A stretch of 64,000 bases of DNA from Tubulanus polymorphus (lineage: Eukaryota > Animalia > Nemertea): assembly GCF_964204645.1 (NCBI RefSeq), contig NC_134033.1, forward strand, positions 14,764,655 through 14,828,654, given 5' to 3'. The translations under genes and the position numbers were made by a program. Numbering within the stretch: position 1 is the first letter of the stretch; each line of letters starts with the position of its first letter. The notes beneath the pieces are model-generated. The model searched no databases. It was not told the DNA's origin and saw only the letters and a list, made by a program, of their open reading frames with translations. Positions 12,960-26,893 of the stretch are shown here, piece by piece.

Positions 12960-15900
12960 TCACAGATTTTCTTGATATTCAGGTTTTAGTTCGATCTCTT
13001 CCACTTTCTCGGTGACTATGGTCGGTACGTCCTCCTTACAGAAGTGTTTTCTGCAGCAACGCTGGAAGGAACAGTCTTCGTTTTCCGGTCCGAAAATCGC
13101 CAACAGCGACACGAAGAAAAACAACGAAAACAAAATCGAAAAGCCGATTGTGCAAAACATGAAAATACCGAACTGAACGAAAAATTGAATTTTGGCGAAT
13201 AGCATGAACACCGATGCGCCGAGTGTGGTGGCAGCACCGGACAGTACAGAAACCCCGACGCGTTCCAGCGTGTCTCGCAGACGATGTAAACGTTGTCGAA
13301 ATAGCGAGTGATGATATCCTTCCGCTAGATGAACGCAATAATCGATCGATAAACCAACAACTAAACACATGTTCAACGACTCTAGAACCTGAAATGAAAG
13401 CAATACTTTTTAGTACTTAAATGTATAGAACTCATTGTATGTTCATATTAGGCATATACACGTAACGTAGCTGTAGTAGCGAAAGATATGGACCCAGTCT
13501 TACAGTTGTTGCTCGCCTTAAAAATAGCAACGTAGTCAACCGTACCATCGCTGAACTAGGGCTCAGATTTATAGGATTGCATGATTCATGTACTAAAGCA
13601 GCAAAAGGCAATGTCCTCGAAGTTGTTGGTCAGCTTCGATGAAAAGCCACCATAGTTTTTAGAAACCCTACCATCGCCGAACAAGGACTCAGATTATAAG
13701 GACAGCTCGAGTAGCTACTTATGCCGACAAAGAATCTCAGCTTGAACGAGGAAGTGCGTATATAATTACCCCCAGTTTCCAACCGAGTAACGGTATCATG
13801 CCGCACACGCAAACAGTGATTCCAGCTAGCGTCAAGAACGATATGAACGTCAAAAGTACGTTTTGCGTGGCGAATAAAATCACAGGAACAGCCAATCCCA
13901 GTCCGATTCCGATACCGATCAATGCGTTATAGAATAAACTCTGCAAGATAGAATGATACGTGTTGAGATGATCGTCTGTTATATATTGGTATGAAGTAGG
14001 CTACAAATCGTTAATGATTTATTGCTCATCAGAATGAAGTGACCGTTACCTGTTGCACCTTTAACCAATGCCATATGAACCTCGTACATTGGAACCCGTT
14101 TTGTAGATCTGCGGGCATAGTTTTAAGTTGCTTTTGCATGAAATTTTCCCATTTCTGCATCAATGGCAAACCGTCAGTGAACGCCAACGATCGATAATTC
14201 ACCGTTGTGTTTATTTGTATAGCCATATAACGCAGTTTCGATCCGTACGTTCCTGTAAATTCAAAAAGCACTAGTACTACAAATAGTTGCCTACTGGAAA
14301 AAGGACAATATGAAGAGAAAACTGAGCGTGTATTTTGGTATTTTGACTCGATTCTAAGAGCTATTTTGAACATGACAAAACAGTTTTGAAAATGGCTCAA
14401 AGAATTGAGTCAAAACGTTAAATGCATTGTATCCTCCTAGTTGTTCTTCTTAATGGTGTGGGTTTTTCTTCAATTGCATTAGACTGTCATTTTTCTGTGA
14501 AAACCAAATAATTTGTTGATTCATCTTAACTTACCAGTAGGTGACACGGTCCCTGTATATGTATCATACACTTGTCCGAGAAGGCCGTTGTACATTTCCC
14601 AGTCGGACGTCCATTTGAATTGATACGCGTCTGTCAACCAGTGAGTGATACCGATCTAAATTCACGTTCATGAAATACAAACACGATCGTCAAGCAAACT
14701 CACAAAGACTCTAGTGAGGAGCTTCTTATGGATGATGCGGTTATGAGACGAGATTTAAGACCTTCTTTTTAACTTCGAAGGAACTTACCTCGGCGAAATT
14801 GTTGAATGAAGCCGGTAATGAACTCATGTTATATATGGAAGTTTGGTTGGTCATGAACGCCTTGGTATTCGTTGAAAGAAGCGGCAATGAGGTATTATAT
14901 ATCTAAGTAAGGGAACAAGGAAAATGAAAGCTTTTTCAATGATATGTTTCTATGTATATTTTCTAATATGAAAGTAGGCCGAGTTAAAATCAATATAATC
15001 AGTGTCTGTGATAATTTGTGATATTTTCTTCCATGATCTCAGACTTACGGCCATGTGACTTCGCAGCGGCTCGGCGAAACAAGCGACCTTCAATTCATTC
15101 GTCAACATGTGACGATCAATCCTCAAATCGGCGACATCTGCTGCATTGAGGTTCTTCAGGTTTGAACAAAGATCCTGAAGCCGAACGAGAATAACGTAAA
15201 TGCAACAGCAGAATATCGACGACACTTATCTAAAGAAGTTTTTACAAATTTTGGGGTTAGAAATGAATTGAATCTATTTAGAGTCGAAGTTTTAGGAGGG
15301 TCGAAGGTTTGAAAGATCTTTCCTTTTCTATACGTTTTATAAGTCAGTTTAAGATAATGATTGAAATCGGCACACCTACCATGATGGCTTGTTGATTGGC
15401 TTGTGTGTTCATTGTGAACGCGTTGTCCGCGCGGTACGTCCCTCTGCATTGGTAATCAGAGAAGTCACAATCGGAAAAATCTCGCGGAAGTAAACCCCAA
15501 ACGAGATAGATCGATAAAGACGATGGGTCGATTGCAAGAGGTTTGAACGAATACAAGCGTCTGTCGGCGGCTTTACCGAAATTATGACTATCGACAAAAA
15601 GGCGTACCTACAAATATTCAAAATTTCATTAAACAAAACAAGGTTCAGATCGTATTAGTACTTTGCGTTATGAAATATCTTATATCTGATTATCCAATTT
15701 CTAATCGTTGGTCCATCTTTCCAATTCTTACATAGCCTTCACCCATTGGGATTTTTGTCCAAACTGTACGTATCCCAAGTTGTGTGTAGTATTACAGATG
15801 TTGGTAAGTTTAGAATTAGGATAGAAAATAGATTAGTTTTCATTCAAATGATACATTATTGAATGGTATTGCAGATATAAAGAAGGCAAGAAAATGTAAC

Positions 15901-18052
15901 TACATAATTGGGCTACATGGACTGAAACAGGCCGCGAATAACTTAAAAACATCCACATCACATTTTGATACCACGACTTTACTATTACTTACACTTCTCT
16001 CATCCGGTTCCAACTTCGACACGAAGTATGAAGCCACAGCCGCCAGTGAAAGAAAAAATACGAATATGACCCATTTCATTACTTTATGGCTGACGAATCT
16101 GAAATAACCATCGCCGAAACAACGGACGATTCCGCGACTCGATCGCACCCACAGCTGCTGCGCGTCCGCTTCCGAATCGAAACAGTCGTAAAATCGATCG
16201 GCTACGAATTCTTTCATATTCTGCGATTTGGGCGCGTCGGCGAAATCTGTTCGGTCTCGTGAATCGTCCGGTTCAACAGTATTATCGCAGCAACCGTAAC
16301 AACACGAACACGTGCAGCACAGACAGTCGTATTTACTGAAGTAAACCTCGTGCAAGGTGACAACAGTCGGCAGGAACAAGATCACCGAACAATAGTTCGC
16401 GAAGATCAGAATTCCGGAAAATATTCCGAAAGTTTGGACGGCCAGAAGCGGCGAGAAAGCGCTGGCTAAAAACGCGATCATCGTCGTCAGGGAAGTGATC
16501 AGCATGGTCGCGCTCGATCGCCTGTACACGAAAGAAACGCGATGGGCCAACGATTTGAACGCCAGGTGGCGCGAGTATTTCCAGTTGTCGCAATAAACGA
16601 ATATGTCGTCGGCGCCGATGCCCAGAATTATGAAAATCGACAAGATGTGGAAGAAACCGAAATATTTGAAGCCGATCGCCATGGCGTAGACGATGTTCGT
16701 TAACAAGAAGCTGGATATGATGCCGAATACCGCCCAGGATGTAACCCATAACGAGCTCGTCTGTGCGTATATAACAACGAATATGAAGACCATACTCCCA
16801 ACAGCTAGTAACATGTCCCATATGGCCTGTTTCTGAATGCTGTCCGAAAACAGTAACGAACTATAATATATCAAATCCATGCCGCCTACTTTAGAATCGA
16901 CGTTTTTCTCCAGCAATGGCAGGAAATTACTTTTCATAAATTCCGTGATGTTATCTTTGTTAGCGTCCTTATTTCCATTGCCCTCTAGCGGCCAGCCGAA
17001 CGGTATTAACGATCGGGTGATACCCGACGTGGCCGCGAGAACCGTCAGGGTAATATCGTTCCCGAGGTGGTATTGTAACTGTTCTCTAGTAGCGGCCGTG
17101 TTATTCGCCAACCACATAACTGAATTAACGTTTTCGAAATTGGGATCGTTAAAACGCGAATCTAAATAACTATATGTGCCGTCGAAAAATCTTAATAGCG
17201 AGTCCGGTTTCTTACATTGTCCGTAGCTGTCCAGTTGGCAATAACCAGCCTGATAGGTGGCGTCGTTGTACAACTGATCCTCGAAGGACTTCATCGCTTG
17301 TAAATGGGCCTTTGTCAATATGTTATAACCGGGTTTCTCGTAGATCAACTCGAGTCCGTCGACGCTGTAACTTCGCGACCACGTGGGTACGTTAGTCCCG
17401 TTGGTGGGCACTATCGAAACGGAATAGCCAGTCGCTTGTTTCCGGTATCTCCACGCGTAGGCGCGCTGCCTCGTGACGTCATTCAAGTCTAACGGAAGTC
17501 CCGTGAATTCTACCGGAAACAACGAGTATCCGGAGACCATCAGCGCCGCCGTGATTATAAACGGCAGTGTTTGTAAACTGAGCATCACAGCTAAAAACAA
17601 CAAAATATGAAAATGGACATAATCATCTTCAACCTTGTCATAAAGTTATTTCCAAATTCTCAATGTATTAATTTAGGCAGCCAACAAAATGTACCCCAAT
17701 CAGACGCTGACCGGTTCAGACTGTCGGTCGAAACACCACAGTCGGAACCCCATTTTCAAATTGATAGATTTTAAGATGATCTAGTGGCTAATTCAGCAGT
17801 TTGGCTTTTCAGGTCATTGTAAAACTTGTCTTAGAATTTAGCAAGCGATATTCGTATGAATAACTCACCGAACGCAACCCTCGGAGACTCGGCCATCCAT
17901 CGACAGAACTTCAGCGGATCTTTATCGCGTTCTCTCACGAATTCGTACTTAATAAACTCCGCTTCTGTGAGTTCGGGTACAACCTTCGGATCTCCGCTGA
18001 ATGCGGCATCCTCGGTTCGGACTGTACCGTTTTTATCTACTTTGATTACCAT
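12960..18052 (-). CDS. Dispatched-like (Patched/RND superfamily, sterol-sensing domain) multipass protein, ~1057 aa, 9 coding exons
   Basis: Phase-consistent GT-AG exons 18052-17869, 17590-15993, 15607-15380, 15174-15049, 14902-14789, 14655-14535, 14252-14050, 13940-13770, 13388-12960 (3174 nt). RND motifs IILGIGADDIFV and VGLSIDYCVHL; SSD segment TMLITSLTTMIAF. Start codon less certain than internal exons. Confidence 0.92.
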
Positions 18053-18619
18053 CCTCGGGTATATGCCTGTAACCGTTGCTGCTATCGTCGCTGATATCAA
18101 ACTAAACTATTAATAATTCTTCGAACCTGTCCGTGTACTGAGTTATTGACATTATTGTTTTCTCGTCTATGTTGTCCAGCACTGCTAGTTAATAGTTCTA
18201 TGTGTCACGCGTTGGTTGTCACGTAACCCTATAAACCCGCTATATACAATATGACCAGTGGGTTCATTAAAACATTCATTAAGCCGAACCGACATGTTTA
18301 TATCAAAACTATAGAAAATCTTTTTCAAGACTCATAAACGTAGGCTCATATGACTGTGGTCATTCAAAAAACGTTTTTGAACGCCATACAACAAATACAA
18401 TGTATTTCTAAAACTATCAATATTATCTGATATTTATGTATATGCTCTAATTGCTATATCTCTGTTCCGAGGAAGTATACCTATTAACAGAGAATTCGAT
18501 ATTTTTTTTCACTCCGAGAAATATCTCTGTCTTTGATATACCGCCATGTTACGATCGATTAATACAATATGTATCAATTATTCATTGAAAAAAAGTATTT
18601 GTACGCACTAAGAAAAATT

Positions 18620-18712
18620 TCCCTCGAGCCGGATTTGAACCAGCGACCTAAGGATATCGGCAATTGCTATTGACTCTACAGTCCTCCGCTCTACCAACTG
18701 AGCTATCGAGGG
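18620..18712 (-). tRNA. trnY-GUA: tRNA-Tyr(GTA) with 20-nt intron (18675-18656)
   Basis: Reverse complement CCCTCGATAGCTCAGTTGGTAGAGCGGAGGACTGTAG[AGTCAATAGCAATTGCCGAT]ATCCTTAGGTCGCTGGTTCAAATCCGGCTCGAGGGA; 73-nt mature length, intron at the canonical position, T5 Pol III terminator just downstream. Confidence 0.97.
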
Positions 18713-19254
18713 AACATAAATGCTAGCGTGTTAACACTATTAATAAACCAGTTGACTAGACAATACGTCTCAATCGCGCGATACGCGCGTGGCTTACAAA
18801 TAATCTGTGTTCGCTTCACTTGAACTACACATGTATATATTACGAATATGATCGTCCCATCGAACGCCAGTGGTGCGTAATGTTACCACTGATAAATCCC
18901 TAAAATATTAATATTCTATGATACATACGATATTCATATACCTTGCCACTATATTTATTTTGTGTTACATGAACGATATTTGAATACTTAACTTCATTGA
19001 TAAGTTTAAAACCCTACACAAAATGTATACGATTAACAGCAATTTTTTTTCCAAAAAAGAAAATAATAACGTACGTACAAAGTCTCAATTAACTGAAATG
19101 TTTATACTGGTCGTAATCCGGTGTTAAGTAAGCCTTTATAACAACAATTTCATCGAATTTGATTGTCGACAGCAGCAATTTTTTTTTGCGTGAATATTTC
19201 ATAAAAAATGAAAGAAAATGTTGAAGAAATCAGTAATCATTATGGAGGTACACG

Positions 19255-19619
19255 GTAGATGCCAGAGGTAAATATGCAAAATGCCAGAAGTAAAAATGGC
19301 AGAGGTAAAAATGCTAGGGGTTTGATAATGCCAGAGGAAAAAATGCCAGAAGGAAATATGTACTATATTTGTTTATTCGTGTTCAAAATGATAACAACAA
19401 AAACAAGAATCTTAAACGGTGAAATAAACTACTAGCTCAATGAAATTGTTCGATCTAGTAAGAATATCGTGTATAATGCTAATAAATTCACATGTTTGCC
19501 AAGTCATTGCATATTTCATTCTGGCATTGTTACCTCTGGCATTTTTACCTATGGTATGAATTTTACTTCTGGCATTTTTACCTCATTCTACCTCATTCTG
19601 GCATTATTTCCTGGATTCC
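19255..19619. mobile_element. Foldback-type element with inverted arrays of ~15-bp subrepeats
   Basis: Left arm has repeated aaaatgccagaggta variants (19259-19360); right arm has tacctctggcatttt variants (19510-19612); AT-rich spacer between. Confidence 0.75.
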
Positions 19620-20201
19620 ATTATGGAGACACTCAAACCACGACTCTCTAACTCTTAAATTTCTCTTCGCTTTACAGATTTCTGCATTTTTACAGAGTTC
19701 AATGTGGTTAATGGTAAAGTTTTTACCCTCTAGAAAAACCTACTACCGATAAGGAGCCTAGGCCAGACACATTTTCTCACGACTTAAAATTCTACTGGCG
19801 TCGAACCTAAAAAGCTTGGAACGATGTCAAAAATGTTTTCGTCTAGAATCTATGGGTTTGTCAGGTTGTATTGATGTTTCCAATTGCAGTTGCTATTGTT
19901 CGCTTTGACATTAAATTATGCAGCAGTTGGTCAAATGGCTTCCTCACGTCGCGCCTACTAAATTATGAGCGAATGTCTATCACTTATTGTTCTGATAACG
20001 AAAGTATCAGTTAGTCGGATCTCAAGTACGTGCGTAAGGAATAGACGGACATTCATATTTCCCAATTTCTCACGCCGAATATCGAAACATAATTCTCGGA
20101 TGGAAAATTGACCAAACTATTTTCTAAACAAATGTATGTGTATAAAACGTATGTAACTCTTTTCTTTTAGGTGATTTTGTACGCTGGAGTGTGAAGGCAA
20201 C

Positions 20202-21359
20202 ATGAAGTTATTAGTGATTGGATTACTTCTGTGCTCATTAGCCAGTGGTCAGTATTATTGCAACGTGTATCGGACAAAATTATGTGGACATCAGATAATA
20301 TAGTTTTTATTTCTACAAATCTGGGTGGAGCGAGAAAAATCGTCTATTCATATAAATGACCAACCTTTGTTGCTTTTCGACGCTAGCGCTTTGTGAATAA
20401 TTGATAATGAATTACAACTATAATGTTGCCCTCTTTTGACAGTGCATGACGTAAGCGGGTATAGTCGTTCCGTTAGAACTGGATACAGCTATAGTAGTGT
20501 AAGCAGCGATAGTAGTGGTGGTGGCGGCGGCTATGGAGGAGGGTATGGCCAACCAAACCAGTCTAACTGGAAATCGCCGAACGGCGGAGGCAATAGCTAC
20601 AGTTACAGCTGGGATTCTAACAAAGGAGGCCGGGGCAATGGAGGTGGCTACGGCGGTGGTTATGGTGGTGCTGGTGGTGTAGGTGGAGTAAGAGGGGTAG
20701 GTTACGCAGGAGGAGCTGGTGGTGTAGGTGGAGTAAGAGGGGTAGATTATGCTGGAGGAGTTGGTGGTGTAAGTGGAGTAAGAGGGGTAGGTTACGCAGG
20801 AGGAGCTGGTGGTGTAGGTGGAGTCAGAGGTGTAGATTATGCTGGAGGAGTTGGTGGTGTAAGTGGAGTAAGAGGGGTAGGTTACGCAGGAGGAGCTGGT
20901 GGTGTAGGTGGAGTAAGAGGTGTAGATTATGCTGGAGGAGTTGGTGGTATAGGTAGAGTAGAAAGCGTAGATTATGCAGGAGGAGTTGGTGGTGTAAGTG
21001 GAGTAAGAGGCCCCAATTATGTTGGAGGGGTCAATGGAGTCGGAGGAGTCCGTGGTGGAAGATATGGGTATGGAGATGTCGGTGGTGTAGGAGGAGGCAT
21101 GAATTACGTAGGAGGGATAAATGATGTTGGAGGAGTCGGTGGTGGGTATGGAGGCTATGGAGGAGGAGTCGGCGGTATTGGTCGAGTAGGCGGAGTAGAT
21201 GGTGGTTATGGAGTTGGTACAGGATACGGAGGAATGGGAGGTGGATATGATATCGGTGGGATTGGTGCTGTCGGAGGCGGTGGTGGCCTTGGGGGCCTCG
21301 GGGACCTTAGCATTCCTGATATCCCTGCTGGTCAAGGAGACTATGATGTCAGTTGGTAA
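20202..21359 (+). CDS. Secreted Gly/Val/Tyr-rich structural protein, ~320 aa
   Basis: Exon 20202-20247 (MKLLVIGLLLCSLAS, phase 1) + exon 20443-21359; signal peptide; 90-bp repeat GVGYAGGAGGVGGVR-GVDYAGGVGGVSGVR; AATAAA directly after the stop. Confidence 0.9.
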
Positions 21360-22599
21360 AATAAACCAATAAATAAATGAAACCTTATCAAAACGCAATC
21401 TTCTCTATTCCTTTTTTTCCTGTACCTTTGAGACGTATTCTTCTCTGGTTACCTTTTCTCTATACTTTTGGGACTTATTCTTCACCGAATACCGGCTATG
21501 TGGGGCCACAGTATATTCCATGAATTTACTGGCAGCTGTAATACAATGGTTCGAACTAGACTGAGAGAAGAGGACTTGTTCATAATACCTTCCCCCTGGA
21601 ATATTATTTAAAAAGAGAGAAATGGACAATGGAGAATCCGGACGCATTCAATACAAGGGTGGCAAATTGGGCTAAAATGATACATTTTTTCTCCTAATCG
21701 GCCGAATAGTTTGTTCTGTTATGGTTAGCTAGATGATGGCGGCTGGCTGCGTCAACTTTGCAGCGCGGCAGAAATGAGAGAAACTATATGAATTTCTTTC
21801 AGCCTTATGCCCATGTATAAGATGTACCTGTATAACCATCGTTAACGCAGTGCATGCAGAAATGCGGTGGCTGAAAGATACGTACAGCTTCTGAGTTCTT
21901 CTAGCATGTGAAGCAACATATTAGTCCATCTACCGTTTCCTCATTGCAGGTAGAGGATTTGATGCAAGAACCCTCTAACCAGTTAACCCTCAACGCCCTC
22001 GGTAGCATATTTGATACACAAGGCTCCCTGGACAATATCTGAAAGCAACTAAATTTCAAGAATTTCTCGGGAAGAGCCAATGTTCCATCCATTATCTTAT
22101 CATTGCTGAATAGTACATCAGATTAAAAGATAGTAATTATACTAATCCAGATCGTGCACCTGTTCTTGAAATTAGGATTGACCCTGTGACTTGTTTGATT
22201 AGTAGATTTCGTTTGATTTGTTTTGATTTGGTGACCCCTCGCACCTACAGGGGGCTTGATTCTGAAATCGGAAATCGAAGTACTGATATAGTTGCGTTGA
22301 TCGGCGGTCGAATTTATCGAATTTTCTGTTTTAATCGAAGTAGGTAACCAAAAAAGTCGGTTCCAGTCCATCCAATGAATCGTCCAAACAGTCTGAACCG
22401 GCAAGCGGCTGATTGGGGTTAATTCTGTTGGCTGTCTAATTTAATGCACCGCGAATTCGGAAATAACCACGTTCCAAGGTTGAAGAACATTTTATCCATT
22501 TTTACGATTTAGGTCGTTTTCCACGTGCAAATAGTTACACAGTTTATTGCAAGACCTTTCGCTACTGCCAGATATCGTGCAAAGGTCTCGAGCCTCTGC

Positions 22600-22795
22600 A
22601 ATCCTTGATATTCACAAACAGCTAACTCACTGTTTTTAAATTCAATATTGTAATGTTTTTATCATCATATTTTATTGTACGTCGTATTTCTTTATTTGTA
22701 AGTGCTCTGGAGCAGTTTCATTAATCTGGACAGGGCACTAAAACATGTATAATAATAATAATAATCATAATAATAATAATAATAATATAATAATA
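22600..22795 (+). mobile_element. L2/CR1-type retroposon 3' tail
   Basis: T-rich UTR, gtaagtgctctggagcag...ggacagggcacta stem-loop-like segment, then (TAA)n tail at 22749-22795. Confidence 0.55.
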
Positions 22796-23540
22796 ACTCC
22801 ATTTGGATATCGGTGCAGTCCTAGCAGGATTGTTTTCATGACATATGCTCACCAGTGGACATCTGTGGATTCGAGGTAAACATTTCTATTCTACAATAAT
22901 TGTTGCCGAAACCAATCAAAATCTCGTTCGCTCATGATATGATTCAAACTAACCTAGATTAACGATACCTAACTTGATTTTCAAAATAAAAGGTACGATC
23001 TTCACAGCGATTCTTCAAAGATGATTGCTTCATAATCTATAACAAAGTAATCAGATGCAATATAGATATAGTACGTCTTCAGATGCAGCAATCCATTTCA
23101 TTTCTGGTGTACGTGTAACACAAGTACATACATTTTCCAATGCACTGCTTGTGCATACAGGTTTTATAATACACTTTGTCTATGGGGTATCAAGCATTTT
23201 TAACAAACTAAAGCAATTCCACCTTTGACTGGGAAGTGGTTGCACTTCCCTTGATTTAACAGATGTTGTTTCGTGGAGAAAATATCATATTCTGTCAACA
23301 TGACGCCGTCTGCATATCACTGAAAGTAGAACAACAACGCATTAGCTCACAAAGATCAGGTGCGAACTACAATATTTTCACATCTCTCTAAAACTCGGTA
23401 AGTACGATAGTTTTCATCATACCATTATGCAACAAATGATAGGCTTTACGCTTTTGTCAAATTCAAGCACTCGTATCAAGTAAATACTTCAATTCAACGC
23501 CATAAATCTTTGAACTTTCCAGTTGACAGTTGAGCAGAGA

Positions 23541-24276
23541 ATGGGAGTAGCAGTTGTTCTTATATGTCTGATGTTGTGTGGAGTCACCTTTGGTATATTG
23601 GAAAATCGGATTTAATTCTTACTCAGAATAAAAGAGTTATGCAGAGATTTAATGATGGCCATTCAATTTTTATTTTTTTCCAGCCAGTGGTGATAGATAT
23701 CGCGGAGGTGGCCATGGAGGTGGCTACGGTGGTGGCCATGGAGGTGGTCATGGTGGCGGCCATGGAGGCGGCCATGGAGGTGGCTACGGTGGTGGCCATG
23801 GAGGTGGTCAAGGTGGTGGCCATGGAGCTAGCTACGGTGGTGGCCACGATGGGAGGCACGGTGGATATGAAGGTGGTCACGGAATGGGACATTCACATCG
23901 GGGAGGTAGTAGCGGAGGTGGCCATTACAACCAAGGCCCGAAATCGTTTAGCTTCAGTTTTGGTGGTCCCACTAGTGGTGGGGGCGGGGGCGGTGGTGGT
24001 GGCAGCTGGAGTAGTGGAATCAGCACTGGGGGTGGCCCCGGCTATACCAGTCAGTCTTGGAGAAGTCCTGATGGTAAAAGCTTTGGAGGCTCGTTCGGAG
24101 AAAGCTACGGCGATGAAGGTGGCGGTGGTTCATTCGGCGGTAGTTCATTCAGCGGCGGTGGTGGAGGAGGCTACGGGGGAGGTCGGATGAGCAGCAAGGA
24201 AGGGAAGGCAATGATGAATACAATGATGAGTGGATTCGGCAACATGATGGGTGGAATGAGTCAATTGTTTGGATAG
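23541..24276 (+). CDS. Secreted Gly/His/Ser-rich protein, ~214 aa
   Basis: Exon 23541-23592 (MGVAVVLICLMLCGVTF, phase 1) + exon 23684-24276 (ASGDRYR then GGGH/GGGY repeats, in frame with ORF 23884); Met-rich C-terminus; AATAAA at ~24320; likely 5'UTR donor gtaagt at 23398. Confidence 0.88.
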
Positions 24277-24870
24277 ATGAATTTCCAAATTTCTTTCAAA
24301 GTTCTGTAGTATCAGTTGGAATAAACATGGATTATGATTTCATGCCTGGGAAATGTTTTATTTAAAGTTTAATGGTTTGAACGACTCTTTTCCTTGCGTC
24401 AACATACATATAACATATCAATACACCTTCTTACTAATTCAATTCGTGGGAAATTATGAAATCATTTGAAATTAAGCTTGAAGAAAATTCACCGTAAAGG
24501 TAAATTGTATAGAATATATGTATCAGAATAATCATTTCAAATGCATTTCTTAAATGACTAAGCCTAAGTCGACAAAGTTGAGGTGTCGTAAACACGATTG
24601 CATACGTTCGACTGCGCGCAACACGTGTCCAAGGCCAATAAATCTACAACAGGTTGGGATAACGACGCACGTCTTTGACAAAATACCTGTCGCAACCTCG
24701 TGCGCTGCTAGTGAATATATCATCACCTCCAACAGCTCATGTTGAAGCCTTTCCAAAGATTGACGTAGCTATTTTGAAAAAAAGACTATACGCTTTATGA
24801 ACCTATCATTAACTGAAAAAATATGATACGAATAATCTTAGGTTCAAATTCAAGTCTCGATCTCTTTTCA

Positions 24871-25473
24871 ATGCGGCCTTTGATTGTTTTAATTGCAGTC
24901 TTAATTTTCGACGGTAAGTCAAATGGTTTTGCCGGGAAAACCTCTCCAGTGATGGAGTCTAGAATGTAACAAATTTAAATCAATATCATTTACATCCACC
25001 CAAAGTCTATTTCGATAAATATATCATAGAATTTATTTGGCCCTTATCGAGATCATATGACTCAGAAACGACCAACAATCACGTAGATGTGAAATTGATT
25101 CGTCTTATTGGTAATTTTACCTTTTCAATTTTCATAAATTTCAGTGGCGTCTGCTTCTAACTTCTACAAACCGTATACTGCGGATGCTGCAAACAATGGA
25201 TACATAGATTATGCATTTCGTGGTGCCTTTGATGACGAGTATGAGCAACCCATCCGTGGAACATATCAGTGGCCCAATACCGAAGCTAATTACCAATCAA
25301 GCCCGAGACAAGGTGTCGATGGTGAAACCACTGGAATTGGTAGATTTGGTCGTATTCCCGGCAACGTATTCCGGCCATATGAGTACATCTATGGAGACAG
25401 CAAGTTGCCGGCTCACTCCTACAGACCTTACTATGCATTTTATAAACAATATGGAGGAACGTTCTTTGGCTAA
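24871..25473 (+). CDS. Small secreted Tyr/Gly/Pro-rich protein, ~123 aa
   Basis: Exon 24871-24913 (MRPLIVLIAVLIFD, gtaagt donor, phase 1) + exon 25145-25473 (VASASNFYKPY...YKQYGGTFFG). Confidence 0.85.
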
Positions 25474-26018
25474 AGACAAACTTTTCATTGATGAAATATC
25501 TTTTTCGAAATCAAATATACCCGTTCCATTACAATAATTGATACGTTTCTCTTTGATTACAATATGTCCATAAGCGCAGTTGCGTCCTTTTGTGAATTTT
25601 CAAATAGCAAGGCAAGTTGCCAATACGTTAAGTATTATGCTTAGATATGACCATGACAGTTGTGCGAGGGAAATATGCTTCGTTAAACAAAGCACGTGTG
25701 TTAAAATGGTGATGAAATTGGGACATTTACAAAACGTGTTTCTCTGTAAGTTGATCCACAGGTGGAGCAACGTAGCACTGAAAGACGTATATAAAAAGAG
25801 ACTGCCAGTAAGTATTGCATTAATTCCACAGTCCTAACCGCGGAATATCCGTTGATAGCAAATCGAGTTAATTAAGGTAGGTCAAATCATCTTCAAGATT
25901 ATTCGCTCCTGGATAGGGTTTAAAACTGTTCGCTTTGTAATATTAGCGTTTTTGTGATAATAATCATTGAAATAATTCTTTTATTGTTTCAATTATAGGC
26001 ACCTTCACTGAAACAACC

Positions 26019-26893
26019 ATGATGAGATATTTGATATTGCTTATTTTGGTGGCCAGAACAGTCGCCATTTATGGTACGTATTCACTCGGAGGTCCTATTC
26101 ATGTATTAGATGTTTATAGGGAATTGTCTTTTACTTATTCAAATATTCATTATTTTACTTATATGAATAACTTATCAAAAATTTTTTTTTACACATTTTA
26201 GGTGGATATGGCACAGGTATGGGCTATGGTGGAGTTGGTGGAATGGGAGGCGGAATGGCTTCCACGCACAATATGGGATATGGCGGTGCTGGCATGGGTG
26301 CTGGTATGGTTTCCAGTCATGGTATGGGTGGAATGGGTGGTGCTGGCATGGCTTCGTCCCACGGTATAGGACATGGCGCTGGAATGGGCGGTGCTGGAAT
26401 GGCTCATAGCATGGGTGGAATGGGCGGCGCTGGAATGGCTCATGGCATGGGTGGAATGGGCGGCGCTGGAATGGCTCATGGCATGGGTGGAATGGGCGGT
26501 GCTGGAATGGCTCATACACACAATATGGGATACGGTGGTGCTGGCATGGGTAGTGGTATGACATCAACTCATGGCATGGGTGGAATGGGTGGTGCTGGAA
26601 TGGCTCATAGCATGGGTGGAATGGGCGGCGCTGGAATGGCTCATGGCATGGGTGGAATGGGCGGCGCTGGAATGGCTCATACAAACAATATGGGATACGG
26701 TGGTGCTGGCATGGGTAGTAGTATGGCATCAAGTCATGGCATGGGAGGAATGGGTGGCGGTGGAATGGCTCATACAAACAATATGGGATACGGTGGCATG
26801 GGTTCCGGAATGTCTTCGACTCATGGCATGGGCGGCTATGGTATGGGTGGTATGGGCTCTGGTATGGCACATGGTGTAGGCATGTATGGTTAA
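26019..26893 (+). CDS. Secreted Gly/Met/His-rich protein, ~248 aa
   Basis: TATAAAA at ~25790; 5'UTR intron ~25877-25998; exon 26019-26073 (MMRYLILLILVARTVAIY, phase 1) + exon 26202-26893; 36-bp repeat MGGMGGAGMAHG; AATAAA at ~27039. Confidence 0.9.
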
